A stretch of DNA of 64,000 nucleotides from contig NC_087437.1 of the NCBI RefSeq assembly GCF_036321535.1, positions 67,892,001-67,956,000 of the forward strand, read 5' to 3'. Each line of letters opens with the position of its first letter. The stretch's first letter is position 1. The notes below the pieces were generated by a model. That model worked only from the letters and a program-made list of their open reading frames with translations. It was not told where the DNA came from and ran no database searches. A program made the translations under genes and the position numbers. Shown here piece after piece: positions 63,296-64,000 of this stretch. The DNA is from Camelus dromedarius. Its lineage: Eukaryota.

Positions 63296-64000
63296 TGCTG
63301 TAGAAAATGAATGTAGAAAACTCTGTATTTGTTTTGTATAAAATTTCAGATTAATAATTTATAGCTTTGGTAACATAGGTATTAATGTAGCCCAGACTAA
63401 AACCCAATTAACCTGGCTTTGAAATCTATGTTCCTTTTTTTGATCCATGTTCTATCTTTTAACTGTAGTGGAGATACACTTTTCTTCTCTCTCTCTTAAT
63501 GGTGTGTTAAGTTTAAGTAACTTCTCCAAAAAAAAAATTGCATATTTCCCCTCTCTATACAATATGCTACTGAGCTATATAAAGCTTCTATAAATTAATT
63601 CTGCTCATTTCCTCTTCTCTGCACTTTCTACTGAGGTTTCTTATTTCCATGTTACATTCCTAGTCCCCATGGAATGTGGAGACAGCATATGCTGATATTA
63701 TGGTTTCAGACTGTACGACTTGTGCTTCACACATCAAAGAACAGGAACTTAGTAAGCTGTGCCTTATTTTTCTGTTCTGCTGCCAAAAGCAATATATTAA
63801 TTAGGTTTCCAAATGTTGTTCTTAGAATGGCAATGTTAATTTGTGGAATAGTCTGTATGAATTAGGGGATGTCACGTTGTGTTTCCCTCAATTGTTTTTG
63901 AACTTTGGAAAAAGAGCAGAAAGGGATAGAGGTAACATAAATGTGGTGCATAACACTCTTTAAAACAAAAAACCTAATACAAAAACATACCTGTCTTTTG

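Noticed and set aside
1..64000. All ORFs in the supplied track as protein-coding genes
   Set aside because: They are short, many use non-ATG starts, many lie in decayed repeats or low-complexity DNA, and none resembles a protein I recognise.
1..64000. CRISPR array, prokaryotic defence system, numt or viral ORF
   Set aside because: No repeat-spacer periodicity or gene-dense segment. The content is typical mammalian repeats and unique non-coding DNA.

Overview
AT-rich, CpG-depleted mammalian DNA, most likely camelid because it carries a vic-1-like tRNA-Ala SINE and cetartiodactyl-type L1 3' ends. I recognise no protein-coding exon, RNA gene, miRNA or prokaryotic system, and the ORF track looks like noise or decayed repeats. 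The window reads as the interior of a very large intron or an intergenic region: ancient repeats (MIR, L2, MLT1, MER5A, MER20), several L1 pieces and one solo ERV1-type LTR, separated by unique blocks with regulatory-looking motifs and isolated splice signals. The best-supported observations are retrotransposition events: an ORF1-only L1 copy bounded by a probable target-site duplication (TSD) at 16.8-17.9 kb, a twin-primed inverted L1 at 38.6-39.3 kb, and nested insertions. The most interesting hypotheses are a CpG-retaining promoter-like zone with MYB motifs (5.4-7.2 kb), a CCAAT/TATA/donor core-promoter arrangement (21.1-21.3 kb) and several candidate non-coding exons. I cannot name a host gene and found no convincing new biological system. 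Repeat family names come from recalled consensus sequences and boundaries are approximate.
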